From an uncultured delta proteobacterium (GTDB lineage Bacteria; Myxococcota_A; Polyangia; Polyangiales; Polyangiaceae), in assembly GCA_963782055.1 (NCBI GenBank), contig CAWAIF010000003.1, positions 1 through 64,000 of the forward strand: a stretch of DNA of 64,000 bases, in the 5' to 3' direction. A program made the translations under genes and the position numbers. Below, in pieces: positions 50,205-59,564 of the stretch. Within the stretch, counting starts at the first letter, position 1; each line of letters starts with the position of its first letter. A model generated the notes under the pieces. That model had not been told where the DNA came from. It did no database searches and saw only the letters and a list, made by a program, of their open reading frames with translations.

Positions 50205-51180
50205 GCGCTTCGTGTACGTGATGGATCCGGTTACGCGCGTCATCGTCGACAAGGATACGACGTTCGCGTTCCAGCGCGTGGCCCAAGCGCGCGGGCACAA
50301 ATCGCTGCACTGCGAGCCGCGGGACCTCTTCATCAAGGACGGCGACGTCCACGCCGCCGTGCGCGATCTGCGCGTGAGCGACGCCGCACCCCACTTCGCC
50401 TTCGGGGAGCGGTACGACGTGCGCCTGGCCGACGTGGAGGCCGTCTTCGTCCGCAAGGACCCGCCCTTCGACAGGACGTACCTCTACGCCACGCTCATGC
50501 TGGAGCGCGCGCGGGGCCGCACCGTCATCGTCAACGACCCGCGCGGCCTGCGCGACGCCAACGAGAAGCTCTACGCGCTGCACTTCCCCCAGCACATGCC
50601 GCGCACGCTGGTGACCACCGACGCCGCCCGGATCTTCGCCTTCCTGCGGGAGATCGACAACCACGGCGTCATCAAGCCGCTGGACGGCGCGGGCGGCCTC
50701 GGCGTGATGCTGCTGCGCGAGGGAGACTCCAACGCGCGCAGCATCGTCGACGTGATCACCCACGAGGGCCGGCGCCTCGCGATGGTGCAGGAGTTTCTGC
50801 CGGCGGTGCGCGAGGGCGACAAGCGCGTGCTGCTCCTCGACGGCGAGCTGCTCGGCGCGATCAACCGCGTCGCGCCGCCCGGCGACATCCGCTCCAACAT
50901 CCACGTGGGCGGCGTCGTCGAGCCGACGGAGCTCACAGAGCGCGAGCGCGCCATCGTGACCGACATCGCGCCGCGCCTGCGCGCCGACGGCCTCGCCTTC
51001 GTGGGGCTGGACATGATCGGCGAGCGCCTGACCGAGGTGAACGTCACCTCCCCCACCGGCATCCAGGAGCTCTCGCGTCACCTCGGCCGCGACGTCTCCG
51101 TCGATGTCATCGAGTGGGTGGAGAAGCGCGCGCTCGAGCTCTCGCCACACCTCCCGAGCATTCCCTCCTCTGCGGGGTAG
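50203..51180 (+). CDS. gshB: Glutathione synthetase
   Basis: MDP...KDTTF, RKDPPFD, NEKL, KPLDG.GG, GDKR, RSNIHVGG, EVNVTSPTG. Confidence 0.96.
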   Translation: MRFVYVMDPVTRVIVDKDTTFAFQRVAQARGHKSLHCEPRDLFIKDGDVHAAVRDLRVSDAAPHFAFGERYDVRLADVEAVFVRKDPPFDRTYLYATLMLERARGRTVIVNDPRGLRDANEKLYALHFPQHMPRTLVTTDAARIFAFLREIDNHGVIKPLDGAGGLGVMLLREGDSNARSIVDVITHEGRRLAMVQEFLPAVREGDKRVLLLDGELLGAINRVAPPGDIRSNIHVGGVVEPTELTERERAIVTDIAPRLRADGLAFVGLDMIGERLTEVNVTSPTGIQELSRHLGRDVSVDVIEWVEKRALELSPHLPSIPSSAG

Positions 51181-51185
51181 CGCCC

Positions 51186-52160
51186 GTGCCCCTCACCCTC
51201 ACCGTCCGCGCCGAGTCGCCCGGGGGAGACGAGCCGTCCCTCACCTTCGACACGCCGCGCGTGGTCATCGGGCGCGGGCAGAGCTGCGACGTGCGCCTCC
51301 CCGACCCGAGCGTGAGTCAGCGCCACGCCATCGTCCGGGCGCGCGGGGCGGACTACCAGCTCCTGGACGAGGGCAGCACCAACGGCACCTTCGTCGGGGG
51401 CGTGCGCCTCGCCCCGAAGGCCCCGCGTACGCTGCGCACCGGCGACATGGTGCGCGTCGGCCGGGTGTGGCTGGAGGTGCGCGTCGACCAGTCGCTGCCC
51501 ACACAAGACATCTCGATGGCCACGCGCGACCTGGCGCTGGCGCTCGTCGCCCAGGCGATGCGCTCGCAAGGCGACGACACCGTGCCGAAGGTGACGGTGG
51601 TGGAGGGGCCGGACATGGGCGCGCGGCTGGAGCTGCTCGACGAGGGCCGCGCGTACCTGGTGGGGCGCGGCGAGAAGTGTGACGTGCCCCTCGCGGACCC
51701 GGACGCGTCGCGCGAGCACGTGCAGGTGGTCCGGCGCGGGGCCACGGTGCTGGTCCGCGACCTCGGCTCGAAGAACGGCGCCATGCTCGGCGAGTCGCCG
51801 CTGCCCGCAGGGCGCGACGTGCCGTGGCGCGCCTCGCTGATGATCCGCGTCGGGGCGAGCGTGCTCGCGCTGGAGGAGCCGGTGGCGGACGCGCTGGGGG
51901 AGCTGGAGATCGCCGCCGACGAGTCGGTGCCGGCGGAGGAGGAGATCGCGCCGCCGCCGCCGTCTCACGCCGCCGCGGAGGCGCCGCCCAGCGCGCGCGG
52001 CGGCGCCGCGCCCATCGCGAAGCTGGAGCAGAAGCCGGTCACTTACACGCCGAAGAAGAAGAAGAAGCGGGGCCCCACGCCGGCGGATCTCATCGTCATG
52101 GCGGCGGCGATCGCCATCATCGGGCTGTCCATCGCCGGGCTGGTGTGGCTGCTGAAGTGA
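51186..52160 (+). CDS. Tandem FHA domain protein with C-terminal TM anchor
   Basis: IGR..DPSVSQRH..GSTNGT and VGR..DPDASREH..GSKNG; KKKKKR then a TM. Confidence 0.9.
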   Translation: MPLTLTVRAESPGGDEPSLTFDTPRVVIGRGQSCDVRLPDPSVSQRHAIVRARGADYQLLDEGSTNGTFVGGVRLAPKAPRTLRTGDMVRVGRVWLEVRVDQSLPTQDISMATRDLALALVAQAMRSQGDDTVPKVTVVEGPDMGARLELLDEGRAYLVGRGEKCDVPLADPDASREHVQVVRRGATVLVRDLGSKNGAMLGESPLPAGRDVPWRASLMIRVGASVLALEEPVADALGELEIAADESVPAEEEIAPPPPSHAAAEAPPSARGGAAPIAKLEQKPVTYTPKKKKKRGPTPADLIVMAAAIAIIGLSIAGLVWLLK

Positions 52161-52175
52161 GGCGGCGGCGCGCGA

Positions 52176-53960
52176 TCAGCCGCGGTGTCGCGAGGGCGAC
52201 GGCGCCGGGGGCCCGCGGCGGCTGCGCACCGGCTCGCGGTAGGCGAGGGGCAGGTCCTCGGCGGGGATCGCCTCGAGGAGCGCGGCGAGCGCCTCGGCGT
52301 CGGCGGGGCGGTCGCTCGGGCGCTTGCGCAGGCAGGTCATCACCGCGACGTCCAGCGCCTCCGGGATGGGGAGGTCGGGGCGGCGCACGCGCATGGACTG
52401 GGGGACCTTCCGCTGGTGGAGGTCGAGCAGCTCACGCCGGCTCTTGGAGTGGATGGGCAGCTCGCCGGTGAGCGCCTCGTACATGACCACGCCGAGGGTG
52501 TACAGGTCCGTACGCGCCTCCACCGCCGCCCCGATGCACTGCTCCGGCGCCATGTACTCCGGCGTGCCCAGCGTGTAGCCGGCCTGGGTGAGCGACTCGG
52601 CGCTGGTGAGCTTGCTCATGCCGAAGTCGAGCACCTTGGCGGTGCCGTCGTCGCAGAGAAAGATGTTGCCGGGCTTGAGGTCGCGGTGCACGACGCCCTT
52701 GGCGTGCGCGGCGGCGAGCGCGTGGCACACGTCGGCGAAGCAGCGGATGGCGAAGCCGGGGGCGACGACGCCCTCGCGCGCCATCTTGTCGGCGAGGGAG
52801 TGGCCGTGCAGGCGCTCCATCACGACGTAGATGGACCCGTCGGGCAACTGGTCCAGGTCCAGGACACGCGCGACGTTGGGGTGATCGACGTGGACCTGGA
52901 TGTGCGCCTCGCGGCGGAGGCGCGCGATCTCGCTGCCGTCCTTGGCCGCCGCGCCGCGCAGCACCTTGACGGCGACCTCGTGACCGAGCGTGGCGTGCTC
53001 CGCCGCGTAGACGACGCCGATGCCGCCGGAGCCGATCTTGCGGCCGATGCGGTACTTGCCGCCGAGCACGGTGCCGCCCAGCTCGCCGGGGGCCGCGCGC
53101 GCCGCCCCGGTCTCCCCGCGGAGCTGCAGGCTGCGCTCGAGCGCGGCGATGCGGACCTTCTCGAACGCCCTGGCGCGGGTGTCGGCGCGGCCGCGCTCCC
53201 AGAGCAGGCCGGCGCCGGCGCCGAGGACGCCTCCGAGGACGCCGGCGAGGAGCCCGGTGAGCCAGCTGCTCGCGGCGGCGATGGCGCCGCCGAACAGGAC
53301 GGCGGAGGCCGCGCCGCACACCGCGGCCGCCACGCCGCGCCACGCGGTGGACCAGCGCACTTCGTACACGCAGGCGTCGTCGCCGCGGGCGATGCACGAG
53401 GGGTGCGTGACGGTCGCCTCGTCGAGGCCCCAGAAGATGGGATAGCTGGCGAGCTCGCCCTGCCGCGCCGCGCAGAGGAGGGCCTCACCGGTGCCCTCGT
53501 CTGCCTCGCCGTCGTCGGTCGAGTCCTCGCGCCGGCGGTAGGAGACGCGCACCGCCCCGGGGCGCGAGTCCTCCAGGGAGAAGACGCCGATGCGCGTGAG
53601 CTCCTGCGAGTTGTCCGCGAGGTAGCGGTAGGCATCGACGGGGTCGTGCGCGCCGCGGAGCATTCGCACGCGGGTCCCCAGCGCCTCCGGGTGCATCGCC
53701 CAGCGCCCGCAGTGCGTCAGCGCCGCCTGGCCGAGCTCGCGCGCCACCGCGCGCAGGATGCGGCGGGCCTTCGCCGCGCTGATCCACGCGGTCTCGGAGT
53801 CCACCGTGCCCGGGTCGACGTCCAGCGCGGCGAGCATGGTGCGCACCGCGCCTTCGCCGCGCTCCACGCGCAGGCGCAGGAGGTAAGGCCGCACCGAGGC
53901 GGCGCGGACTTCTTCCTTTCCTCCGCGCACGCTCCCCGGCGGAATGCTCGGCGTCAGCAT
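52176..53960 (-). CDS. Membrane Ser/Thr kinase with N-terminal V4R-like sensor region
   Basis: LLC..R.G.L..HPSCIARGDDACVYEVRW, two TMs, then GSGGIG, HRDLKPGN, DFG, GTPEYMAPE. Confidence 0.9.
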   Translation of the reverse strand: MLTPSIPPGSVRGGKEEVRAASVRPYLLRLRVERGEGAVRTMLAALDVDPGTVDSETAWISAAKARRILRAVARELGQAALTHCGRWAMHPEALGTRVRMLRGAHDPVDAYRYLADNSQELTRIGVFSLEDSRPGAVRVSYRRREDSTDDGEADEGTGEALLCAARQGELASYPIFWGLDEATVTHPSCIARGDDACVYEVRWSTAWRGVAAAVCGAASAVLFGGAIAAASSWLTGLLAGVLGGVLGAGAGLLWERGRADTRARAFEKVRIAALERSLQLRGETGAARAAPGELGGTVLGGKYRIGRKIGSGGIGVVYAAEHATLGHEVAVKVLRGAAAKDGSEIARLRREAHIQVHVDHPNVARVLDLDQLPDGSIYVVMERLHGHSLADKMAREGVVAPGFAIRCFADVCHALAAAHAKGVVHRDLKPGNIFLCDDGTAKVLDFGMSKLTSAESLTQAGYTLGTPEYMAPEQCIGAAVEARTDLYTLGVVMYEALTGELPIHSKSRRELLDLHQRKVPQSMRVRRPDLPIPEALDVAVMTCLRKRPSDRPADAEALAALLEAIPAEDLPLAYREPVRSRRGPPAPSPSRHRG

Positions 53961-53982
53961 GGGCTCCGCCAGGGTATGCCCG

Positions 53983-54681
53983 TTAATGGTTGGTGTGAAC
54001 CGCGCCAGGGTCCAGGCCGGCGCTCGTCGCCGCGGCGCGCACCGCGTCGACCATCACGGGGAGACCGGCCACGAAGACACGGACGCTGTCGTCGGGGCGA
54101 AGCGCGCGCATCAGCGCTTCCTGGACGTACCCCCGCACGTAGTCCTGGGGGGCGTCAGGGTCGTCGGAGAGAGCGAGCGAGACGTGGACCCCGGCGTCCT
54201 CGAAGCGCTCGAGCTCCTCCAGCATCGGCACGTCGTGGCGCGCGCGCGTACCGAGGAGCAGCGTCGTCCTCCCGGCGTCGCCGCGCGCGATGCGATCGAG
54301 CACGACGCTCCGGGCCACCGCGACCGCCCCGGCGGTGATCACCATGAAGAGCGGGTGGCCACGCGCGTCGTCCACCGGGAAACCTGCCCCGAGGGCGTCG
54401 GTCATGCGCACCGGGGTGCCCACGTCGGCGGCGTGGAGCGCGACGGCGGCGCCGCCGCCCGCGCGCAGGATGATCTCCCAGGGTCCGCCGGGCAGCCCGG
54501 CGAGCGCGAAGTGACCCGTCTCGCCGTCCAGATCGAGGAAGGTGTACTGGCCCGGCGTCGTGAAGGTGGCCTCGACCTCGGGCGAGGTATCCAGCCCGAC
54601 CCACAGAAGGCCGCCACCCGCGTCGGCGCGGGCGGTCACCCGGCCCTCCCGCAGCGGCGTGTCGGGCGCGGGCACCGTCAC
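53983..54681 (-). CDS. FNR-like FAD/NAD(P)-binding oxidoreductase
   Basis: TPGQY, LGAGFP, TAGAVA..RSV, LLLGTR, GYVQ, VAGLPVMV. Confidence 0.8.
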   Translation of the reverse strand: MTVPAPDTPLREGRVTARADAGGGLLWVGLDTSPEVEATFTTPGQYTFLDLDGETGHFALAGLPGGPWEIILRAGGGAAVALHAADVGTPVRMTDALGAGFPVDDARGHPLFMVITAGAVAVARSVVLDRIARGDAGRTTLLLGTRARHDVPMLEELERFEDAGVHVSLALSDDPDAPQDYVRGYVQEALMRALRPDDSVRVFVAGLPVMVDAVRAAATSAGLDPGAVHTNH

Positions 54682-54785
54682 CCGTCACCTGCGGCGCGGG
54701 CCCCGGCTTGGACAGAGCGGACCAACTCCAAGACGCTACTTGTCTGTGACAACCGACGCAACCTCGCGTAAAGGGGAGCGCGACG

Positions 54786-55520
54786 ATGCTCGCGCTCGAG
54801 AGACTCATCCAGTACCCCAAGCCCATCGCGCAGATCGACCTCGGCGCGGTGACGGCGGAGCTCGACGCGATCCTCGTGCGGCACGGCGCGCGCTCGATGA
54901 CGCTGCCGCCGGGCATGCTCTACATCCAGCGCGGCACGCCCTTCGTCGCCATGGCGACGAAGGCGTACGAGGCGGACCGCATCGCGCGGGCCGTGGTCTC
55001 GGAGGTGCGGGCCGCGCCCTTCTTCGCGAGCGTGGTCGTCGCCGTCCATCCGCGCGCGGAGCTGGAGGCGCCGGTGCTGGTGGTGGACCTGCGCGTCGTG
55101 CCGACCGGCGTCACGCACGCCTTCCTCGACACCTGCGGCCCCTCCATCGCCAGGCCGCGCTTCGGCGAGCTGTTCTACCGGCCCCTCATGCAGACGCTCG
55201 ACGCCGCTGTCGCGAGCGCGGTGCGCCGCAAGCCGGTGCCCTCGTGGATCGCGCCGCTGTCCGGCGGCGCGGGGGCGCAGCTCCGCGCCGGCTCGCGGCG
55301 GGGCTCGGCCGTCGCGCACGCGGTCGTGCGCTATATCGAGCGCTACCTCGAAGGCCTGGACAAGGCCGACGCGGCGCTGGACGCCGCGGCCAACGCCGCC
55401 GCGGCTCAGCGCGTGCGCGACGCCGTTCGCTCTCACGGGGCCGCGGGCAAGTACCTCGCCCGCGCCTTCGGGTCGTCCTTCGCGTCGCGGTACCTCGAGC
55501 TCCTCTGGAACGAGAGCTGA
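54786..55520 (+). CDS. Ferredoxin-dependent bilin reductase (FDBR/RCCR)-fold protein, putative
   Basis: HPRAELEAPVLVVDL..AFLD..P, KPVPSW...S and YLARAFG..FASRYL follow the order of PcyA/Peb motifs as recalled. Confidence 0.55.
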   Translation: MLALERLIQYPKPIAQIDLGAVTAELDAILVRHGARSMTLPPGMLYIQRGTPFVAMATKAYEADRIARAVVSEVRAAPFFASVVVAVHPRAELEAPVLVVDLRVVPTGVTHAFLDTCGPSIARPRFGELFYRPLMQTLDAAVASAVRRKPVPSWIAPLSGGAGAQLRAGSRRGSAVAHAVVRYIERYLEGLDKADAALDAAANAAAAQRVRDAVRSHGAAGKYLARAFGSSFASRYLELLWNES

Positions 55521-55625
55521 TCCGGGAGGCGACGCGCCCCTCCTGACTGCGGGGTCACGGTGCCGGGGGTGCCGGCGCGAGGACTGCCTGCCGGGTCACG
55601 CTGGGCGAGTGTGGCCGCCACGGCG

Positions 55626-56219
55626 TCACGAGGGCGTGGCGAGCGCAAGCACGCGATCCATCTCGCGCTCGCGCTCTCTCCGGCGGCGGCCCGCGCGGCG
55701 AACGCGGTCCTCGTCGCGCAGAACCCAGAAGCCGCCCTCGGTGCGCCTGTCGAGGGTGGCCTCGTCCCCGAAGCCAAGTCGAATGCGCATGCACAGCGCC
55801 TCCAGGTGCCTGCGGGCCCGCGCGCACGGGCGGTGGGCAGGCCAGCGTCGCGCGCCTGGCGCGAGCGCGCCGTCCAGCGCGAGCCCGACCTGCCCAACGA
55901 GCACGAGCCCGAAGAACGCGCGCCGCACGCGGCACCGACCCTCGGCCGTGAGCTCCACGAGGCAGTCACGCCCGTCGCGTCGCCGCCTGACGAGCCCCAG
56001 CTGCTCGAGCGAGCGCATCATGCGGCTGACAGTCGACCGCGCGACGCCGAGCCCGCGCCGAAGGTTGCTCTGCAGGTGAACGCAGCGCGTCCCGAGACGG
56101 TAAAGCGCGTCGAGGAGGTCGAACCGCGCCGCGGTGAGCCCCATCGCCGCGAGCGCCCGCCGCGTGAGCCGCAACGTCGCGTAGTACGCACGCTTGATGG
56201 TGAAGAACACAGGGTCCAT
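55626..56219 (-). CDS. MarR-family winged-helix regulator
   Basis: GLTAARFDLL, LGVARSTVSRMMRSLEQLGLVRR, VELTAEG. Confidence 0.85.
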   Translation of the reverse strand: MDPVFFTIKRAYYATLRLTRRALAAMGLTAARFDLLDALYRLGTRCVHLQSNLRRGLGVARSTVSRMMRSLEQLGLVRRRRDGRDCLVELTAEGRCRVRRAFFGLVLVGQVGLALDGALAPGARRWPAHRPCARARRHLEALCMRIRLGFGDEATLDRRTEGGFWVLRDEDRVRRAGRRRREREREMDRVLALATPS

Positions 56220-56231
56220 CCACCCCCCCAA

Positions 56232-56247
56232 AGCACCCCGCGTGCCA
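56232..56247 (-). promoter_or_regulatory. Candidate sigma-54 (-24/-12) promoter
   Basis: TGGCACG-CGGG-GTGCT vs consensus TGGCACG-N4-TTGCW, 12 bp upstream of the marR ATG. Confidence 0.5.
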
Positions 56248-56399
56248 CCCCCCTCCCCCCGCAGAGTTCTGCGGGAAACGTCGGATTGCTAGCATGCTTG
56301 CACTCCGACGTTTGGTGTCCCGGGACAGGGAGAGGGGACAGGGGGGACAGGGGCAGGCGCCGTCGGAGGCGCGGGCGCGCGAGGCGCCTCGGCCCGCCT

Positions 56400-57312
56400 T
56401 CAGAAGGTGCCGGACAGCGCCATGCCGGCGTAGCCGGGGCCGAGCTGAGGGACCAGCCCGGCCGTCTTCTCGCCGGTCGGCTCGAGGAAGTGCCAGATCA
56501 GGCCCCCGGCGACTGCGGCGATGCCTACGCCGCCCACGATGAAGCCGACGTTGGCCATCGTGGTGCCGGTGCTGTTCAGCGTCGCGCGGTTCTGCCCGTT
56601 CGCGCCCGGAGTGAAGGTGGGGGGGTTGCAGATGAGGTTGCCTGCGGAGTCCTTCTCTCCGGTGCAGCCTTCCTTCGACTGGCCGATTCTTGGATTCGCC
56701 GATGGCGACGAGGACCACGCCCGCTACCAGGCTCGCCCCGCCGGCGCCAACGACGATCCACGGCGCCGCGGAGTGCCCGCCTGCCGGGGGCGGGGGCGGC
56801 GGGGCGGTGTCGGTGGGGCTGGCCGTGGCGGTGGCCGTCTCGGTGGGGGCCGCGGTGGCCGTCGTGGTCGCGGTGGCCGTCGCCGTCGCCGTCGCCACCG
56901 GCTGCATCTGCGCCTTCAGGTTCTGGATGCGCCGCCGCACCTGCTCGGCGTCCGCCGCCTTCGGGTTGCGCTCCAGGTATGTCTCCAGCGCGTGCACGGC
57001 CTCCGCCTTGTCGCCCTTCGCCTGGTAGGCGCGGGCGATGTAGTCGAGCAGCGCCGCCTTGGAGCAGTCGCGCCGGTAGGCGTCCTTGAAGTTGTCGACG
57101 GCCTTCTGGTAGTCGGCCTCGTCGTAGGCAGCCTTGCCCGCGAGGTAGATGGCGTGGGCGGCGTCCAGCTCGGCCTGGCTCAGCTTGGGCGGCGGATCCG
57201 AGCAGGCGGGGTACTGCGTCACGGCGGCGCCGGCCGGCTGCGCGAGCGCCGGGACAGCGGCGGCGACGCCGAGCAGGACGAGGAAGAGCGAAGTCTTGAG
57301 CGAAGCGCGCAT
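56400..57312 (-). pseudogene. Secreted TPR protein with hydrophobic C-terminus, frameshifted by one extra A near 56687-56688
   Basis: Signal peptide, TPR, (AT)n linker. Removing one A gives ...ESKIGQSKEGC...LIWHFLEP...GYAGMALSGTF* ending at 56400. Confidence 0.7.
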
Positions 57313-57503
57313 GAGATTGCGCCGACTAGCATACGCGCGATCCACGGGAAGCCCAAAAAGCTGGCCGCCCAGCCCGGGGCGGGAAACCGTCTGGCGTCTG
57401 GAGTCCTCCTGCCAGCTCGGCCCTCCGCGGCCGGAGCTCCGAACACACGCCTCGCGCAGTCGACCGTCGGGATGGCCGGCGACCTGGGGCCCGACGGCCG
57501 GAC

Positions 57504-58073
57504 TCAGAGGCGGCCGAGCGCGGTCGTGGCCAGGCGCTTGGCCAGCTCCAGCGCCTTCTTCTCGTCCGGGAGGTTGTGCACGCCCACCACCAGCTTCTTG
57601 CCCCCCGTGTAGACGTACAGCTCCCCCCCCACGTCGCCGGGCACGACATGCACCCCCCAGACCGCGTGGTCGCCGATGCCGGTGATGTCCGTCTGCTTCT
57701 CGTAGCCGGCGGTGCGTAGGGCGGTCCGGACGACGGCCGCGTCCTCGGTCGCGTGCGGTCCGCAGAAGACGGAGAGGCCGCCGTGCGGGGCGCCGAGCGC
57801 GACCGCCCCGTACTCGCACGTCGCGATCTCCGGTCGCGATGCGCTGCCCGCCACGTCGTTCTCACCGCGCTTGCCCGCTTCGAGCGCGGTGCCCAGCGCG
57901 TTCTCCAGCTCCGCGCGGGTGAGCAAGGTGCACGCGTCGTACGCCTTGCAGCCGGGCGCGGCGGTGCTGGTGATGGGGCCCGGCGATGCCCCGTCGGGCT
58001 TGGCCGAGGTGGACGGCTTGCTGCAGGCGAGGAGCAACGGCAGCGCGGCGAGGAAGGCGGCGGATTGAGTCAT
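57504..58073 (-). CDS. Putative lipoprotein (DUF3558-like)
   Basis: LLLAC lipobox, DACTLLT.AE...ALG, CEY, GIGD.A; GGAGG RBS. Confidence 0.75.
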   Translation of the reverse strand: MTQSAAFLAALPLLLACSKPSTSAKPDGASPGPITSTAAPGCKAYDACTLLTRAELENALGTALEAGKRGENDVAGSASRPEIATCEYGAVALGAPHGGLSVFCGPHATEDAAVVRTALRTAGYEKQTDITGIGDHAVWGVHVVPGDVGGELYVYTGGKKLVVGVHNLPDEKKALELAKRLATTALGRL

Positions 58074-58177
58074 GGACGGGTCCTCCAACCCCTGAGGTGG
58101 GCCATTTATTCTAGCGCTTGCGGGCCCGCCGCGCGCGACGACGCGCCCCACCTCCGCGTTGAGCGTATGCTCCCCCG

Positions 58178-59533
58178 ATGCGCCTCCGCGCGCTGCTCGT
58201 CCTCGTTCCCGTGCTGGCGATCGCCATCGTCGCCGTCGGCCTGCGCATCGGCGCGGGCGACGCCATGCGCGCGGCGATCGTGCACGGCGCGCACCTGCCT
58301 CGGGGCGGGGGTCGCCTGGCCTGGCAGGTGGTCACCCTCTTCGAGGACACCGGCGTGCGCGAGACGATCACCACGCCGTTGCACGTGACGGCGCGCACCG
58401 GCGGGCACGAGACACACCTGGACACCCGGACCAACGCCGACGGCGTCGCCGAGCTGGACCTCGACATGCCCGGTCTGACCGAAGGCGCGCCCCTCACGCT
58501 CGACGTGCGCGACGCGAACGACCACGTCCTGGCGAGCGGCGCGGTGAGGTGGAAGCCAGAAGAAGTGAGCGAGGTGCGTCGCGAGTTCGTGCGACCCTCG
58601 CTGCGCGAAGGGGCGCTCGCCATCGACGTCGCCGTCCTCGGGGCGCGGCTCGCCCCCGGCCAGGCAGGCAGGCTCTTCGTCCGCGTCGCCGATCGCGCCA
58701 CCGGCCGCCCCGCCACCGGCGCTCGCGTCGAGGACGCGCCGGAGGACGGGGTCATCGTCACGGCGTCGCCCCACCCTGCGTGCGAGGCGGGCTGGTTCGA
58801 GCTCTCCGCCCTCCCGCAGATCCACGTCGCCGGCCTCACGCTGCGCGCGACCGACGAGCTCGGCAAGAAGGGGCGGTGGTTCGGCTCGCTGCCCATCGCG
58901 CCGGGGGCCCTCTGGATCGACGCGCCCACCCGCGTCCCGCCGGGCGCCGTGAACGTGGGCGTCACCTCCGCGAGCGCGCGCGACATCGCCTACGTCGAGG
59001 TGGACGACGAGTCTGGTCGCCTCTTCTCCATCAGCCCGAAGCTCGCCGGCGCGTCCCCGCAGGCGCACGTCGTCACGCCGACCCTCGACCCCGGCAAGTA
59101 CTGGCTCGTCGTCTCCGGCGAGCCCGACGGCGCCATCGCCCTCTCCGGGGCGACCCGCGCCATGCCCCTGGTGGTGGGCGGCGCGCCCGGGTGCGACGCG
59201 GACCTCGCGGGCCTCGTGCCCGGCGGCTTCCCGCGGTGGGTCGCGCTGGATGGCTTCGACGCCCTCCGCGCGAAGATGGCCAGGCGCCGCGCTCGCGGCC
59301 GCGCGCTCGCGCTGGGGGCTCTCCTCCTCTCTGCGCTGCTCGAGACGTTGCTCCTGGTGCGCGCGGCACGACGGTCGCGCCTCGAGCTGGCGCGCGTGGA
59401 GGAGGCCATCGCGAAGGACGCACCCGCATCGCGCGCGCCCGCCCGCCGCGACGCCACCGACCTGCTGATCGCGCTGCTGCTCGGCCTGATGGGGCTCGCC
59501 CTGCTCTTCGCGCTCATCGAGTGGCAGGGTTGA
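58178..59533 (+). CDS. Hypothetical membrane-anchored protein with beta-rich extracytoplasmic region
   Basis: N-terminal TM/signal, TNADGVAE, two C-terminal TMs. Confidence 0.75.
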   Translation: MRLRALLVLVPVLAIAIVAVGLRIGAGDAMRAAIVHGAHLPRGGGRLAWQVVTLFEDTGVRETITTPLHVTARTGGHETHLDTRTNADGVAELDLDMPGLTEGAPLTLDVRDANDHVLASGAVRWKPEEVSEVRREFVRPSLREGALAIDVAVLGARLAPGQAGRLFVRVADRATGRPATGARVEDAPEDGVIVTASPHPACEAGWFELSALPQIHVAGLTLRATDELGKKGRWFGSLPIAPGALWIDAPTRVPPGAVNVGVTSASARDIAYVEVDDESGRLFSISPKLAGASPQAHVVTPTLDPGKYWLVVSGEPDGAIALSGATRAMPLVVGGAPGCDADLAGLVPGGFPRWVALDGFDALRAKMARRRARGRALALGALLLSALLETLLLVRAARRSRLELARVEEAIAKDAPASRAPARRDATDLLIALLLGLMGLALLFALIEWQG

Positions 59534-59564
59534 CAATCCTCGGACATTGCACGGACGCTCGGGC

